Shown here piece after piece: positions 11,036-21,666 of a stretch of 64,000 bases of DNA. Positions within the stretch are counted from its first letter, which is position 1; the number at the start of each line of letters is the position of its first letter. This stretch comes from Rhizobium sp. Q54 (lineage in GTDB: Bacteria; Pseudomonadota; Alphaproteobacteria; UBA2966; CAIVPW01): NCBI GenBank assembly GCA_945904955.1, contig CAMDPO010000011.1, positions 259 to 64,258 of the forward strand, given 5' to 3'. Position numbers and translations under genes: made by a program. The notes beneath the pieces are model-generated. The model did no database searches. It saw only the letters and a list, made by a program, of their open reading frames with translations, and was not told where the DNA came from.

Positions 11036-12079
11036 ATGCGAGGAGTTCCTTTGCGCAGGTTTGCCGGGTTCGCCGTCGTGGCTTCTGCCCTCATCGCGGC
11101 AGGTCCCGCCGCTGCCCAGGGCCCGGCCCCGGGCGAAGTCAACGTGTACTCGGCGCGCCAGGAGGCGTTGATCAAGCCGCAGCTCGATGCGTTCGCCAAA
11201 GCGACCGGCATCCGCGTCAACCTCATCACCGCCGGCGAAGACGCCATCATCGAGCGCATGCGCGCCGAGGCCCGCAACAGCCCCGCCGACGTTCTCCTGA
11301 CCGTCGACGTTGCCCGCCTGATCCGCGCCACCGACGCCGGCCTGCTGAAGCCGATCCGCTCCGAGGAGTTGGAGAAGGCGATCCCGTCTCAGTATCGCGA
11401 AAAGGACGGCCGCTGGTTCGCCCTCGGCCTGCGCGCGCGGGTCTTCTACTACAACCCCGAGAAGGTCAACCCGGCCGAGCTTTCGACCTACGAGGCGCTC
11501 GCCGATCCCAAGTGGCGCGGCCGCGTGTGCATGCGTTCGTCCAGCGCCACCTACAACCAGTCGCTGCTGGCGTCGTTGATCGCCCACAAAGGCGCGGTCG
11601 CGGCCGAGGCGTGGGCGCGCGGCATCGTCGCCAACATGGCGCGTCCGCCGATGGGCGGCGACCGCGACCAGATTTCCGGCGTGGCTTCCGGCCAGTGCGA
11701 CATCGGAGTCGCGAACACCTACTACTTCGTCCAGATGCAGAACGGCACCGATGCCGAGAAGGCGGCGGCCGGCAAGGTCAAACCGTTCTTCCCGGCCCAG
11801 CCCGGCGGCGGCGCTCACGTGAACGTGTCGGGCGGTGGCGTCGCCACCAACGCGCCGAACGCCGCCAACGCCCAGAAGCTGCTGGAGTTCCTGGCCAGCC
11901 CCGAGGCGCAGAAGATCTACGCCGAGGTCGTCTTCGAGTATCCGGTGCGCGCCGGCGTAGCCGTAGCGCCGCAGCTCCAGGCGATCGGCACCCTCAACCC
12001 CGACACCCTCGAGCTGTCTCTGCTCGCCGCCCATCAGGCCGAAACGATCCGCATCTTCGACCGGGTCGGCTGGAAGTGA
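11036..12079 (+). CDS. Fe(3+) ABC transporter substrate-binding protein
   Basis: Signal peptide plus FbpA/AfuA-like periplasmic binding fold (VNVYSARQ...YYNPEKV). Confidence 0.8.
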   Translation: MRGVPLRRFAGFAVVASALIAAGPAAAQGPAPGEVNVYSARQEALIKPQLDAFAKATGIRVNLITAGEDAIIERMRAEARNSPADVLLTVDVARLIRATDAGLLKPIRSEELEKAIPSQYREKDGRWFALGLRARVFYYNPEKVNPAELSTYEALADPKWRGRVCMRSSSATYNQSLLASLIAHKGAVAAEAWARGIVANMARPPMGGDRDQISGVASGQCDIGVANTYYFVQMQNGTDAEKAAAGKVKPFFPAQPGGGAHVNVSGGGVATNAPNAANAQKLLEFLASPEAQKIYAEVVFEYPVRAGVAVAPQLQAIGTLNPDTLELSLLAAHQAETIRIFDRVGWK

Positions 12080-12164
12080 TTCGGTCCTGAGTTGCTCCCT
12101 CCCTCACCGACCGCAATCGGGGCTGGCCTGCCATGGCCGGCCCCGAGCGCGTTCGTGAGCTGTC

Positions 12165-13841
12165 ATGACAAGCCTCGCTGACACCGGACTGCAGGTCGCG
12201 AAGCGGCGCGCGCGCCTGGACGGCTGGACCGTTGCTGCGCTGCTCGTCGCCGCGCTGGCGATGCTCCCTGTGGCAGTGGTCGCCGCATCGATCTTCGTCC
12301 CGAGTGGCGACGCCTGGTCGCACCTCGCCGGCACGGTGCTGGTCGACTACGTCGTCAACACCTTGTGGCTGGTGGCCGGCGTCGCGGCGCTGACCTTCAT
12401 CGTCGGTGTCTCGACCGCGTGGCTGGTGACGATGTGCGCGTTCCCCGGCCGGCGCATCCTGGAGTGGGCGCTGGTGCTGCCCCTCGCCATGCCGGCCTAC
12501 GCGGTGGCCTACACGTACGCCGAAGTGCTCGACTACTCCGGCAGCGTGCAGTCGTGGCTGCGCGCCACCTTCGGCTGGGGCCGGGGCGACTACTGGTTCC
12601 CCGAGGTGCGCTCGGTCCCCGGCGCCGTCCTCATGCTCGGCCTCGTGCTGTACCCCTACGTGTACATGCTGGCCCGCGCCGCGTTCCTGTCCCAGTCCGT
12701 GTGCCTGTTGGAGATCAGCCGCACGTTGGGTTCCGGGCCGTGGCACACATTCTTGCGCGTCGGCCTGCCGATGGCGCGCCCAGCCATTGTCACCGGCATC
12801 GTGCTGGCACTGATGGAGACCATCGGCGACTACGGCGTCGTCCAGCACTTCTCGGTGAGTACGTTCTCGACGGGCATCTTTCGCACCTGGTACGGCCTCG
12901 GCAACCTGACCGCAGCCACCCAGCTCGCCGCGCTGCTGCTCGGAGTCGTGTTTCTGCTGCTGGCAATCGAGCGGCTGGGACGGGGAGGGGCCGTGTATCA
13001 CCACACCACCACCCGCTACCGTCCGCTGCCGGCCTTCGTGCTGCGCGGCGCCAGGGCGTGGGGTGCGATCGCCGCGTGCGTCCTGCCGCTCCTGCTCGGT
13101 TTCCTGGTGCCCGCCGGACTGTTGGCGGCGTGGGCGGCGCAGACGGCGCCGCGGGTCGTCGATGACGGCTTCTGGCGTGACGCCCTCAACAGCGTGACGG
13201 TCGCGGCGCTCGCAGCGGTGCTCGCCGTCGCCGTCGCGCTCCTGCTCGCCTTCGCCGCTCGCCTGCGCCCAGGCCCGGTCACCACCTGGGCCACGCGCCT
13301 CTCGACGCTGGGCTATGCGGTGCCTGGTGCTGTCGTTGCGGTCGGCGTGATGATCCCGTTCGGCTGGTTCGACAACGCGGTCGATAGCTGGATGCGCGAC
13401 CACGTCGGCATCTCCACGGGCCTGCTGCTGTCGGGCACGCTGGCGGCGATGCTGTTCTGCTATGTGGTGCGGTTCCTGGCGATCTCGTTCAACGCGGTCG
13501 AATCGGGCATGAGCAAGATCACCCCCAACATGGATCGCGCCGCGCGCGCGCTCGGCGCCGGTCCGTGGGCGGCCCTGCGCCGCATCCACGCGCCGCTTCT
13601 GCGCGGCAGCCTGCTCACCGCGGCGGTGCTGGTCTTCGTCGACACGATGAAGGAGTTGCCGGCGACCCTGATCCTGCGCCCGTTCAACTTCGACACCCTG
13701 GCGATCCGCACCTACGAGCTTGCCTCCGACGAGCGCCTCGCCGACGCCTCGACCTACGCGCTGTCGATCGTCCTGTTCGGGCTGCTGCCCGTCGTCCTAT
13801 TGTCGGCCGCCATTGCACGCTCCCGCCCAGGTCACAGCTAA
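12165..13841 (+). CDS. iron ABC transporter permease (duplicated two-domain FbpB-type)
   Basis: 558 aa with two repeated 6-TM permease halves carrying EAA-like loops. Confidence 0.8.
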   Translation: MTSLADTGLQVAKRRARLDGWTVAALLVAALAMLPVAVVAASIFVPSGDAWSHLAGTVLVDYVVNTLWLVAGVAALTFIVGVSTAWLVTMCAFPGRRILEWALVLPLAMPAYAVAYTYAEVLDYSGSVQSWLRATFGWGRGDYWFPEVRSVPGAVLMLGLVLYPYVYMLARAAFLSQSVCLLEISRTLGSGPWHTFLRVGLPMARPAIVTGIVLALMETIGDYGVVQHFSVSTFSTGIFRTWYGLGNLTAATQLAALLLGVVFLLLAIERLGRGGAVYHHTTTRYRPLPAFVLRGARAWGAIAACVLPLLLGFLVPAGLLAAWAAQTAPRVVDDGFWRDALNSVTVAALAAVLAVAVALLLAFAARLRPGPVTTWATRLSTLGYAVPGAVVAVGVMIPFGWFDNAVDSWMRDHVGISTGLLLSGTLAAMLFCYVVRFLAISFNAVESGMSKITPNMDRAARALGAGPWAALRRIHAPLLRGSLLTAAVLVFVDTMKELPATLILRPFNFDTLAIRTYELASDERLADASTYALSIVLFGLLPVVLLSAAIARSRPGHS

Positions 13842-13842
13842 C

Positions 13843-14910
13843 GTGCTCGAACTCGCCGGAGTGAGCCGCGACTTCGCCGGCATGCAGGCGGTCGACCATG
13901 TCGACCTCGCCGTCGCGCCGGGTGAGGTCGTCTGCCTGCTCGGACCTTCCGGCTGCGGCAAGACCACGACCTTGCGCATCGCCGCCGGCCTCGAAGCGGC
14001 CGACAGCGGCGAGGTGCGTATCGGCGGCAAGGTGGTCGATGGCGGCGGCGCGTTCGTTCCGCCGGAGCGTCGTCGCGTCGGCCTGGTGTTCCAGGACTAC
14101 GCGCTGTTCCCGCACCTGACCGTGCTCGACAACGTCGCCTTCGGCCTCCCGGCGGGGCTCGATCGAGCCGAGAAGGCGAGGGCGCTCCTCTCCCGCGTCA
14201 ATCTCGCCGACCGCGCCACCGATCACCCCCACAAGCTGTCGGGTGGTGAGCAGCAGCGCGTCGCACTCGCCCGCGCGCTCGCCCCGTCGCCGCTGCTCAT
14301 GCTCCTCGACGAGCCGTTCTCCGGCCTCAACTTCCGCCTGCGCGACCGCATCGGCGAAGAGTCTCTTTCTCTACTGCGCGCCGCCGGTACGGCCACGCTC
14401 ATGGTTACCCACGATTCCGACGAGGCCATGCGTCTAGCCGACCGCATCGCCGTCATGCGGGCCGGGCGCATCGTCCAGGTCGGCCGCCCGCTCGACCTCT
14501 ACGATCGTCCGGTGGACTTGTTCGTCGCGGAATTTTTTTCCGAGATCAACAAGATAGAGACCGTTGTTGAGGGCGGGGTTGTGGATACGGGCCTCGGCAA
14601 GCTGCCCGCTTCCGGCCTTGCCAACGGCACTTCCGTCATCGTCGCCATCCGCCCCGAGGCCATCCGCCCCGGCGGTTCCGAGCCGGCACAGGTCGCCGCC
14701 GTGCATCCGATGGGCGCCTACGCCCTCGTGAAGTTGAAACATCCCGTGCGCGATATCAGATACCTCCTGCGGGTAGAGCATGGTGCCGCCCCCGAGTTCT
14801 CGGCCAAGGTCGGGGCACGGGTAGGGGTGTCGCTCGATCCGCGCGGGTGTTTTGTCTTCGCCAGCGAGGGCGACGCGTCGGGTCACGCAGCCGTCACGAG
14901 ACGGCGCTAG
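13843..14910 (+). CDS. ABC transporter ATP-binding protein (iron import, FbpC-like)
   Basis: Walker A GPSGCGKTT, signature LSGGEQQRVALARAL, Walker B LLMLLDEP. GTG start 1 nt after the permease stop. Confidence 0.8.
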   Translation: MLELAGVSRDFAGMQAVDHVDLAVAPGEVVCLLGPSGCGKTTTLRIAAGLEAADSGEVRIGGKVVDGGGAFVPPERRRVGLVFQDYALFPHLTVLDNVAFGLPAGLDRAEKARALLSRVNLADRATDHPHKLSGGEQQRVALARALAPSPLLMLLDEPFSGLNFRLRDRIGEESLSLLRAAGTATLMVTHDSDEAMRLADRIAVMRAGRIVQVGRPLDLYDRPVDLFVAEFFSEINKIETVVEGGVVDTGLGKLPASGLANGTSVIVAIRPEAIRPGGSEPAQVAAVHPMGAYALVKLKHPVRDIRYLLRVEHGAAPEFSAKVGARVGVSLDPRGCFVFASEGDASGHAAVTRRR

Positions 14911-15106
14911 GGTCCCTGTCGTCCCTCGATGGTTGGCCGCTAAGCACGCGGTGGCCAAGGCGGGGAGCCTGTCGCGACGCGCATTGCGCTGCGGCTAGGC
15001 ATTCTGCGATGATGCGTGGAATTTCCACAGGTTTCGTAGGGTCCAGGCTGGGCCTGGAAGCCTCGGTGTTTTAAGAGGGGCCATCCAAGAGGGTGGAGTA
15101 CGATTA

Positions 15107-15340
15107 ATGTTCGGACCAGGATCCTTCAGCATTTGGCACTGGCTCATCGTCCTCGCGGTCGTCGTCCTACTGTTTGGCGGCGGCGGCAAGATCTCCCGCA
15201 TCATGGGTGACTTCGGCAGCGGCCTGAAGGCCTTCAAGAAGAGCGTGAAGGACCCGGAGGAGCAGGAGGCCGAGAAGCGCAAGCTCGAGAGCGAGCGTTT
15301 GGCGAACGAGACCGCCAAGGAAGAGACCGTCAAGGGCTAG
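15107..15340 (+). CDS. tatA: twin-arginine translocase subunit TatA
   Basis: 77 aa. N-terminal TM segment plus amphipathic helix ([15 protein letters not shown]...KAFKK). Confidence 0.85.
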   Translation: MFGPGSFSIWHWLIVLAVVVLLFGGGGKISRIMGDFGSGLKAFKKSVKDPEEQEAEKRKLESERLANETAKEETVKG

Positions 15341-15396
15341 CGGTCGAACCCGAACCGGGGTCGCGCGCACTCTGGCACCGGGCGGAGAACAAACAC

Positions 15397-15951
15397 ATGT
15401 TGGGAGTCGGCTGGCCGGAGCTGATGGTCGTCGCCGTGGTCACCGTGCTGGTGGTCGGGCCGAAGGAGTTGCCGCGCGTCCTGCGCACCTTCACCATGTA
15501 CGTGCGCAAGGCCCAGGGCCTTGCGCGCGAGTTCACCTCCGGCATGGAGGACTTGGCGCGCCAAGCCGACCTCGACGACCTCACGAAAGAGGCCACTTCG
15601 CTCCAGAACCTCAGCCAGAAGCAGTTCGAGGGTCTCGATAGCGCCCTCGATCCCAATAACACCGTCGCCGGCATGTTCACCGGCACCGCCATCGGCGGCC
15701 CGCCGCCCGGCACCCAGCCCATCGGCACGCCGACCGCCGGCTCCAACCAGGTCACCGGCGGGGCCAGTGGCTCGACAGTCGGACCCATGGTCAGCGCCGC
15801 GAACTCGACGCCCGTGGCGGCCAGCAACGTAAAGTCCCTCGATAAGCCGGCCCAAGGGACCAACACGGCGCCGGAAGCCGAGCCCCGCATCGCCGGCGTC
15901 CAACCCGGCGCGGAGCCGATCCCGCTCGAAAAGCGCCGCGCCGGCGCCTAG
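15397..15951 (+). CDS. tatB: twin-arginine translocase subunit TatB
   Basis: MLGVGWPELMVVAVV..GPKELPR start is typical of TatB. Follows tatA. Confidence 0.8.
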   Translation: MLGVGWPELMVVAVVTVLVVGPKELPRVLRTFTMYVRKAQGLAREFTSGMEDLARQADLDDLTKEATSLQNLSQKQFEGLDSALDPNNTVAGMFTGTAIGGPPPGTQPIGTPTAGSNQVTGGASGSTVGPMVSAANSTPVAASNVKSLDKPAQGTNTAPEAEPRIAGVQPGAEPIPLEKRRAGA

Positions 15952-15966
15952 CACCCACGACGATCG

Positions 15967-16794
15967 ATGGCGAACCGCACCCTGGATGACGCGCAGGTCG
16001 AACAGGCCAAGATGCCCTTGCTGGAGCATCTCGCCGAGCTGCGCCGCCGGCTGCTCTATTCGATGGTCGCGTTCCTGGTCTGCTTCTTCTTCTGCTTCTA
16101 CTTCGCCAACGACCTCTTCAACTTCCTCGTCGCGCCGCTGGAGAAAGTTCTGCGCGCGCGCGGCGAGGCCGGCCAGCCCGGCGAATACAAGCTGATCTAC
16201 ACCGCGTTGACCGAGAAGTTCTTCGTCAACGTCAAGGTCGCCTTCTTCGCCGCCGCTATGGTGGCGTTCCCGGTCATCGCCTCGCAGATCTGGATGTTCG
16301 TTGCGCCGGGCCTCTATCGCAGCGAGCGCAAGGCGTTCCTGCCGTTCCTGTACGCGACGCCGCTGCTCTTCCTGCTTGGCTCGGCGCTCGTCTACTACTT
16401 CCTCATGCCGGTGGCGTGGAAGTTCTTCGTCGATTTCCAGGATGCCGGCACCGACGGCGGTGCGCCCATCGAGCTGCTGCCGCGCGTCTCCGAGTACCTG
16501 AACCTTTCCATGCGCCTCATCTTCGCGTTCGGCCTGGCGTTCGAATTGCCGGTGGCGCTCACGCTGATGGTGCGCGCCGGCCTTACCAGCGCCAGCGGCC
16601 TGGCGTCGAAGCGCCGCTACGCCATCGTCATCGCCTTCGTCGCCGCCGCGGTGCTGACCCCGCCGGACCCGCTCAGCCAGATCAGCTTGGCCATCCCGAT
16701 CATCATCCTCTACGAGATCTCGATCTGGACCGCGCGCTTCATCGAACGCCAACGCGCTCGCGAAACCGCAGCCGCCACCGGCGCCGCCGAGTAA
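15967..16794 (+). CDS. tatC: twin-arginine translocase subunit TatC
   Basis: 6-TM protein with TatC signature (HL.ELR.RL...). 275 aa. Confidence 0.85.
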   Translation: MANRTLDDAQVEQAKMPLLEHLAELRRRLLYSMVAFLVCFFFCFYFANDLFNFLVAPLEKVLRARGEAGQPGEYKLIYTALTEKFFVNVKVAFFAAAMVAFPVIASQIWMFVAPGLYRSERKAFLPFLYATPLLFLLGSALVYYFLMPVAWKFFVDFQDAGTDGGAPIELLPRVSEYLNLSMRLIFAFGLAFELPVALTLMVRAGLTSASGLASKRRYAIVIAFVAAAVLTPPDPLSQISLAIPIIILYEISIWTARFIERQRARETAAATGAAE

Positions 16795-16804
16795 TCAAAC
16801 CAAA

Positions 16805-16885
16805 GCCCTCCCCCATACCTTGGGGGAGGGCTGCGAAGCCTTGCCCGAGCGCAGCGAGGCTAGGCGTAGCTGGGTGAGGGGAGGG
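16805..16885. repeat. REP-like palindromic element (family A/D: CCCTCCCCC[13 protein letters not shown]...GCTGGGTGAGGGGAG)
   Basis: Near-identical copy at 25204-25276. Related copies at 42902-42982, 54243-54320 and 41691-41713. Confidence 0.6.
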
Positions 16886-16934
16886 AGACTCCCGCACTAG
16901 CCAAACTCCCGCACTCCGGCTACCACACCGCCCC

Positions 16935-18206
16935 ATGCTCGATATTCGTTGGATTCGCGAGGAGCCCGAGGCGCTCGACCGCGCGCTTTCCCGCCGCGGT
17001 CAGCCCCCGCGGGCCGACCTCGTGCTCGCCCTCGACAGGGCGCGCCGCGACCTGCAGACCCGTCTCCAAGAGCTGCAAAGCGAGCGCAACCGCCTGTCCA
17101 GGGAGATCGGCGCCGCCAAGGCAAAGAAGCTCGACGCCGGCGACCTGATGACCAAGGTCGCCGCGCTCAAAGACGACACCGCACGCCTCGAAGCTGAGGA
17201 GCGCGCCAAGGCCGCCGAGCTCGACGCGCTGCTCGCCGTTGTCCCGAATGTCCCCGACGCCTCGGTCCCCGACGGCAAGGACGAGACCGCCAACGTCGAG
17301 GTCCGCCGACACGGCACGCCGAAGAAGTTCGCCTTCGCGCCCAAGGACCACACCGCCCTCGGCACCGCGCTCGGGCTGATGGACTTCGACGCCGCCGCCC
17401 GCATGTCCGGCGCTCGCTTCGTCGTGCTGAAGGGCGCGCTCGCGCGTCTCGAACGCGCCCTCGGCTCCTTCATGCTCGACCTGCAGACCGGCGAGCACGG
17501 CTATTCCGAACACAACGTCCCGCACCTGGTGCGCGACGAGGCGGTGTTCGGCACCGGCCAGCTGCCCAAGTTCGCCGACGATCTGTTCAAGACGACGCTT
17601 GGCAACTGGCTCATCCCCACCGCCGAGGTGTCCCTCACCAACCTGGTACGCGAGCAGATCGTCGACGACGCGGTGCTGCCCATGCGGCTCACGGCCTACA
17701 CCCCGTGCTACCGCTCCGAGGCCGGCGCGGCGGGCAAGGACACCACCGGCATGATCCGCCAGCACCAGTTCACCAAGGTCGAGCTGGTCTCCATCACCCG
17801 GCCCGAGGACTCCGACGCTGAGCATGAGCGCATGACCCGGTGCGCCGAGACTGTTCTGGAGCGCCTGGAGCTGCCGTACCGCACGATGCTGCTGTCCGCC
17901 GGCGACATGGGCTTCTCTTCCCGCAAGACCTACGACATCGAGGTCTGGCTGCCCGGCCAGGACCGCTACCGCGAAATTTCCTCGTGCTCCAATTGCGGCG
18001 ACTTCCAAGCGCGGCGCATGAATGCGCGCTTCCGTCGCGGCGAGCAGAAACCGGAGTTCGTGCACACCTTGAATGGATCGGGACTCGCTGTCGGCCGCAC
18101 CCTGGTCGCGGTGCTGGAGAACTATCAGAACGCCGACGGCTCGGTGACCGTGCCCGCCGCCCTGCGTCCGTACATGGGCGGCATGGAGAAGATCGCTCGT
18201 GCCTAA
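16935..18206 (+). CDS. serS: serine--tRNA ligase
   Basis: 423 aa. N-terminal coiled-coil arm, class II motifs. Confidence 0.9.
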   Translation: MLDIRWIREEPEALDRALSRRGQPPRADLVLALDRARRDLQTRLQELQSERNRLSREIGAAKAKKLDAGDLMTKVAALKDDTARLEAEERAKAAELDALLAVVPNVPDASVPDGKDETANVEVRRHGTPKKFAFAPKDHTALGTALGLMDFDAAARMSGARFVVLKGALARLERALGSFMLDLQTGEHGYSEHNVPHLVRDEAVFGTGQLPKFADDLFKTTLGNWLIPTAEVSLTNLVREQIVDDAVLPMRLTAYTPCYRSEAGAAGKDTTGMIRQHQFTKVELVSITRPEDSDAEHERMTRCAETVLERLELPYRTMLLSAGDMGFSSRKTYDIEVWLPGQDRYREISSCSNCGDFQARRMNARFRRGEQKPEFVHTLNGSGLAVGRTLVAVLENYQNADGSVTVPAALRPYMGGMEKIARA

Positions 18207-19008
18207 CACCAGCGCCGGCACACGTACCGCGGGCCTGGGCCCGCGCATCCTGCTCGCCAACGACGACGGCATCTCCTCGCCGGGCCTCGCCGTGCTGGAG
18301 GAGATCGCCCGCGGCATCTCCGACGACGTCTGGATCGTCGCTCCCGAGGACGAGCAGTCGGGCGCCGCCCACTCGCTCACCATCAACGAGCCGCTCCGCC
18401 TGCGCACGGTCGGCGAGCGCCGCTATGCCGTCCGCGGCACGCCGACCGACTGCGTCATGCTGGCCGTGCATCACATCCTGCGCGGCCAGAAGCGCCCGGA
18501 CCTCCTGCTGTCCGGCATCAACATGGGCGCCAACCTCGGCGAGGACGTCACCTACTCGGGCACCGTCGCAGCCGCCATGGAAGGTTGCCTCCTGGGCATC
18601 CGCTCCATCGCCTTCAGCCAGCTCATGCGCCTCTCGCATCCGGTGCAGTGGGGCACGCCGCGCAAGTTCGCCCCCGGCATCATCCAGCGCCTGCTGTCGG
18701 CCGACTGGCCGCCCGGCGTCCTGATGAACGTCAACTTCCCCGACCTGCCGCCCGAAGCGATCACCGGCGTCCACGCCGTCTATCAGGGCGTCCGCGACCC
18801 GGCCGACCTCATCATCGACGAGCGCACCGACGTGCGCGGCGTCCCGTACTTCTGGATCGGTTTCCGAAGAAACCCACACAAGCCATTGGAAAACACGGAT
18901 TTTGCGGTGATCGAGCAGGGCGCCATATCGGTGACGCCGCTGCGCATCAACCTGTCCGACGACGCCACCCTGGCCCAGATCAAGCCGCTGCTGACCGGCC
19001 TCAAGTGA
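18199..19008 (+). CDS. surE: 5'/3'-nucleotidase SurE
   Basis: [10 protein letters not shown]...AHSLT...GTPTDCV...[10 protein letters not shown] motifs. 8-nt overlap with serS. Confidence 0.85.
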   Translation: MPNTSAGTRTAGLGPRILLANDDGISSPGLAVLEEIARGISDDVWIVAPEDEQSGAAHSLTINEPLRLRTVGERRYAVRGTPTDCVMLAVHHILRGQKRPDLLLSGINMGANLGEDVTYSGTVAAAMEGCLLGIRSIAFSQLMRLSHPVQWGTPRKFAPGIIQRLLSADWPPGVLMNVNFPDLPPEAITGVHAVYQGVRDPADLIIDERTDVRGVPYFWIGFRRNPHKPLENTDFAVIEQGAISVTPLRINLSDDATLAQIKPLLTGLK

Positions 19009-19619
19009 CGCAAAGCCCCTCCGGCGGAGATCAGATCCGTCTCGTGATGGAGCTGCGCCGCGCCGGCATCGACGATACCGCCGTCCTCTCCGCCATCGAG
19101 CGCCTGCCGCGCGCCGCCTTCGTCACCGACGCCGAGCAGCCGCGCGCCTGGGACGACGTGGCACTCGCCGGGCTGCCGCGCCCGCTGCATGCCGCCACCT
19201 ACCTGCGCGCCCTGGCCCTCGCCGGCCGCGAGCGCGTCCTCCAGGTGCCGACCGGCAGCGGCTACCTCGCCGCGCTCGTCGCCGGCTCCTGCCGCATGCT
19301 CTACACGGTCGATGAACGCCGGCAGCGCCAGGCCGCCGAGGCACGCATCCGCGCCCTCAAGGTCCGCAACGTCGTCGGCAAGGACGGCGACCCGCTCGCC
19401 GGCTGGCCCGACCAGGCGCCCTTCGACCGCATCCTGCTCGACGGCGTCGTGCCGACCATCCCCACAGCCCTGCTGTCGCAGCTGCGCGCCGGCGGCACCA
19501 TGATTCTGGCACTGGGCGACGAACGCCTCGCGACGATCACCCGCATCGTGCGCACCGGCGACGAGTACGAATCCGAATCGATTCTGCGCACGTCGTTCGC
19601 GTTGTCAGCGCGTCACTGA
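19005..19619 (+). CDS. pcm: protein-L-isoaspartate O-methyltransferase
   Basis: GTG start overlapping the surE stop (GTGA). Motifs VPTGSGY..., PFDRILLDG, IPTALLSQLRAGG. Part of the conserved surE-pcm-nlpD order. Confidence 0.7.
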   Translation: MTQSPSGGDQIRLVMELRRAGIDDTAVLSAIERLPRAAFVTDAEQPRAWDDVALAGLPRPLHAATYLRALALAGRERVLQVPTGSGYLAALVAGSCRMLYTVDERRQRQAAEARIRALKVRNVVGKDGDPLAGWPDQAPFDRILLDGVVPTIPTALLSQLRAGGTMILALGDERLATITRIVRTGDEYESESILRTSFALSARH

Positions 19620-19682
19620 GACTCGTCATTACACTCGGACGCTGACACGCGCCGATTTGACAGCGCGACTCCTCATGACTCA

Positions 19683-20630
19683 TTGTCACCGACCATGAGA
19701 GCAGGGGGATGTTTCGCACTCGCGGCGACGCTCGCACTTTGTGCGTGTGCAATGCCCGCTCCAACTGCGTTCGTCATCGACCGCAATGCGCAACCTGCGC
19801 CCCCGCGCGCGACGCTCGCCGGCGCACCGTCCCAAGAACCGATTTCGCGCGGCGGCACCTACGTCGTGCGCTTCGGCGACACGCTATCTGAGATCGCCGA
19901 GCGCGCCCGCATCGACATGGGCCAGCTCGCCCGCCTGAACGGCATCCCTGCGCCCTACAACATTCGCGCCGGCCAGACCTTGGTGCTGCCGGGCGCGCTG
20001 ACCGCCAGCCTGGCGCCGACCGGCCAGCTGCCGCTCCTGCCCACCACCATCCAGGGCCAGATCGAAGTTCTGAGCCGTTCACCCCAAGGCTTCGCGCCGA
20101 GCACGGCTGCGCCGACTCAGGTCGCTCAGACCACGACGCGCGCCAATACCGCGCCGGGAGTTCTTGACGGCCGCGCCGGAGGCGCGCCGCGCAACGCCAC
20201 CCCGCTGCCGACACCGCCCGCGCGCTCCGCCGGCGGCCTTACCTGGCCGCTCAAGGGCCAGGTGGTCTCCACCTTCGGCAGCAAGGGCGGTGGCGTCAGC
20301 AACGACGGCATCGATATCCGCGCGCCGCTCGGCACGCCGGTGGTCGCCATCGACAACGGCGTCGTCGCCTACGCCAGCGACGAGCTGAAAGCCCTCGGCA
20401 ACCTCGTGCTCATCCAGCACTCGGGCGGCTGGGTCAGCGCCTACGCCAACGCCGGCAGCCTCGCCGTGAAGCGCGGCGACACCGTCACCCGCGGCCAGCA
20501 GGTCGCCACCGCCGGCCAGACCGGCAACGCCAAGGCCCCCGGCATCCACTTCGAGCTCCGCCGCGGCACCACCGCCGTCGACCCGATCCCGTACCTGAAC
20601 GGCGGCGGAGTGGCGCTGGCGGCGCGCTAG
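19683..20630 (+). CDS. nlpD: LysM domain-containing M23 family metallopeptidase (NlpD-like lipoprotein)
   Basis: Lipobox (LALCAC), LysM (YVVRFGDTLSEIAER), M23 core (HSGGW...GQTGNAKAPGIHFELR). Confidence 0.8.
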   Translation: MSPTMRAGGCFALAATLALCACAMPAPTAFVIDRNAQPAPPRATLAGAPSQEPISRGGTYVVRFGDTLSEIAERARIDMGQLARLNGIPAPYNIRAGQTLVLPGALTASLAPTGQLPLLPTTIQGQIEVLSRSPQGFAPSTAAPTQVAQTTTRANTAPGVLDGRAGGAPRNATPLPTPPARSAGGLTWPLKGQVVSTFGSKGGGVSNDGIDIRAPLGTPVVAIDNGVVAYASDELKALGNLVLIQHSGGWVSAYANAGSLAVKRGDTVTRGQQVATAGQTGNAKAPGIHFELRRGTTAVDPIPYLNGGGVALAAR

Positions 20631-20634
20631 CGAC

Positions 20635-20745
20635 CTTTCGTCATTGCGAGGAGCGCAGCGACGAAGCAATCCAGGCTTTGTGTTTTGTCCTGCGGGAGCG
20701 TCGCCAACCCTCCGGATTGCTTCGCTACGCTCGCAATGACGACCG
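20635..20745. repeat. large inverted-repeat REP element (family B arms GTCATTGCGAG..GCAATCCAG) between convergent genes
   Basis: Arms tcgtcattgcgaggagcgcagcgacgaagcaatccagg and ccggattgcttcgctacgctcgcaatgacga. Family B copies also at 27370-27398 and 53806-53834. Probable bidirectional terminator. Confidence 0.6.
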
Positions 20746-20748
20746 AAG

Positions 20749-21666
20749 CTATGTCAGCTTCGCGCCGAGCCGCCCCGCCAAATCCTGAATGAACTGCCAC
20801 GCGACGCGCCCCGAGCGCGCGCCGCGCAGCTGCGACCATTCGACCGCCTGGGCGTGCAGGCCGTCCGCGCGCAGCCCGTAGCGCTGCGCATAGCCATCCA
20901 CCATGGCGAGGTAGTCGTCCTGGCTGGCCGGATGGAACCCCAGCCACAGGCCGAAACGGTCCGACAGCGAGACCTTCTCGTCCACCGCCTCGCCGGGCCG
21001 GATGGCGGTCGACGCCTCGTTCTCGATCATCAAGCGCGGGATCATATGGCGCCGGTTGGACGTCGCGTAGAACAGCACGTTGTCCGGCCGCCCTTCGATG
21101 CCGCCCTCGAGAATCGCCTTCAGCGAGCGATAGCTTTCGCCGCCGTCGAACGACAAGTCGTCGCAGAACACCAGGCACCGCCGCGTGCCGTTCGCCAGCA
21201 CCGCGAGCAGGGCGGGCAGGGTGCCAATATCGTCGCGCTGCAGCTCCACCAGCGCGAGCGCGCGCGGCTGCTCCGCATTCACCGCCGCATGCACGGACTT
21301 CACCAGCGAGCTCTTGCCCATGCCTTTGGCGCCCCACAGCAATGCGTTGTTGGCCGGCAGGCCGCGCGCGAAGCGCTGGGTGTTGACGAGCAGGGTGTCG
21401 CGCTGGCCGTCGATCCCTTTGAGCAGCGCGAGCTCGGTGCGCGACGTCCGCGTGGCGGCGCGCAGGTGCGGCGCTTCCCACACGCCCCGGCGCTCCGCGC
21501 CGGCTTCCCACACAAACGCATCGGCCGCGCTCAAGTCAGGCGCGGCCGGGGCAGGGGGCGCGAGCCGCTCCAGCGCCGCGGCGATGCGCCGCAGCAGGTC
21601 CGCCTGTTCCCCGTCCGCGGGGTCCGCAGCGGGTGCCGGGGGCTTGAATTCGGATGGGCGCGCCAT
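20749..21666 (-). CDS. AAA-type ATPase, DUF815 family
   Basis: Walker A GAKGMGKSSL and Walker B-like LVFCDDLSF. 305 aa. Confidence 0.65.
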   Translation of the reverse strand: MARPSEFKPPAPAADPADGEQADLLRRIAAALERLAPPAPAAPDLSAADAFVWEAGAERRGVWEAPHLRAATRTSRTELALLKGIDGQRDTLLVNTQRFARGLPANNALLWGAKGMGKSSLVKSVHAAVNAEQPRALALVELQRDDIGTLPALLAVLANGTRRCLVFCDDLSFDGGESYRSLKAILEGGIEGRPDNVLFYATSNRRHMIPRLMIENEASTAIRPGEAVDEKVSLSDRFGLWLGFHPASQDDYLAMVDGYAQRYGLRADGLHAQAVEWSQLRGARSGRVAWQFIQDLAGRLGAKLT

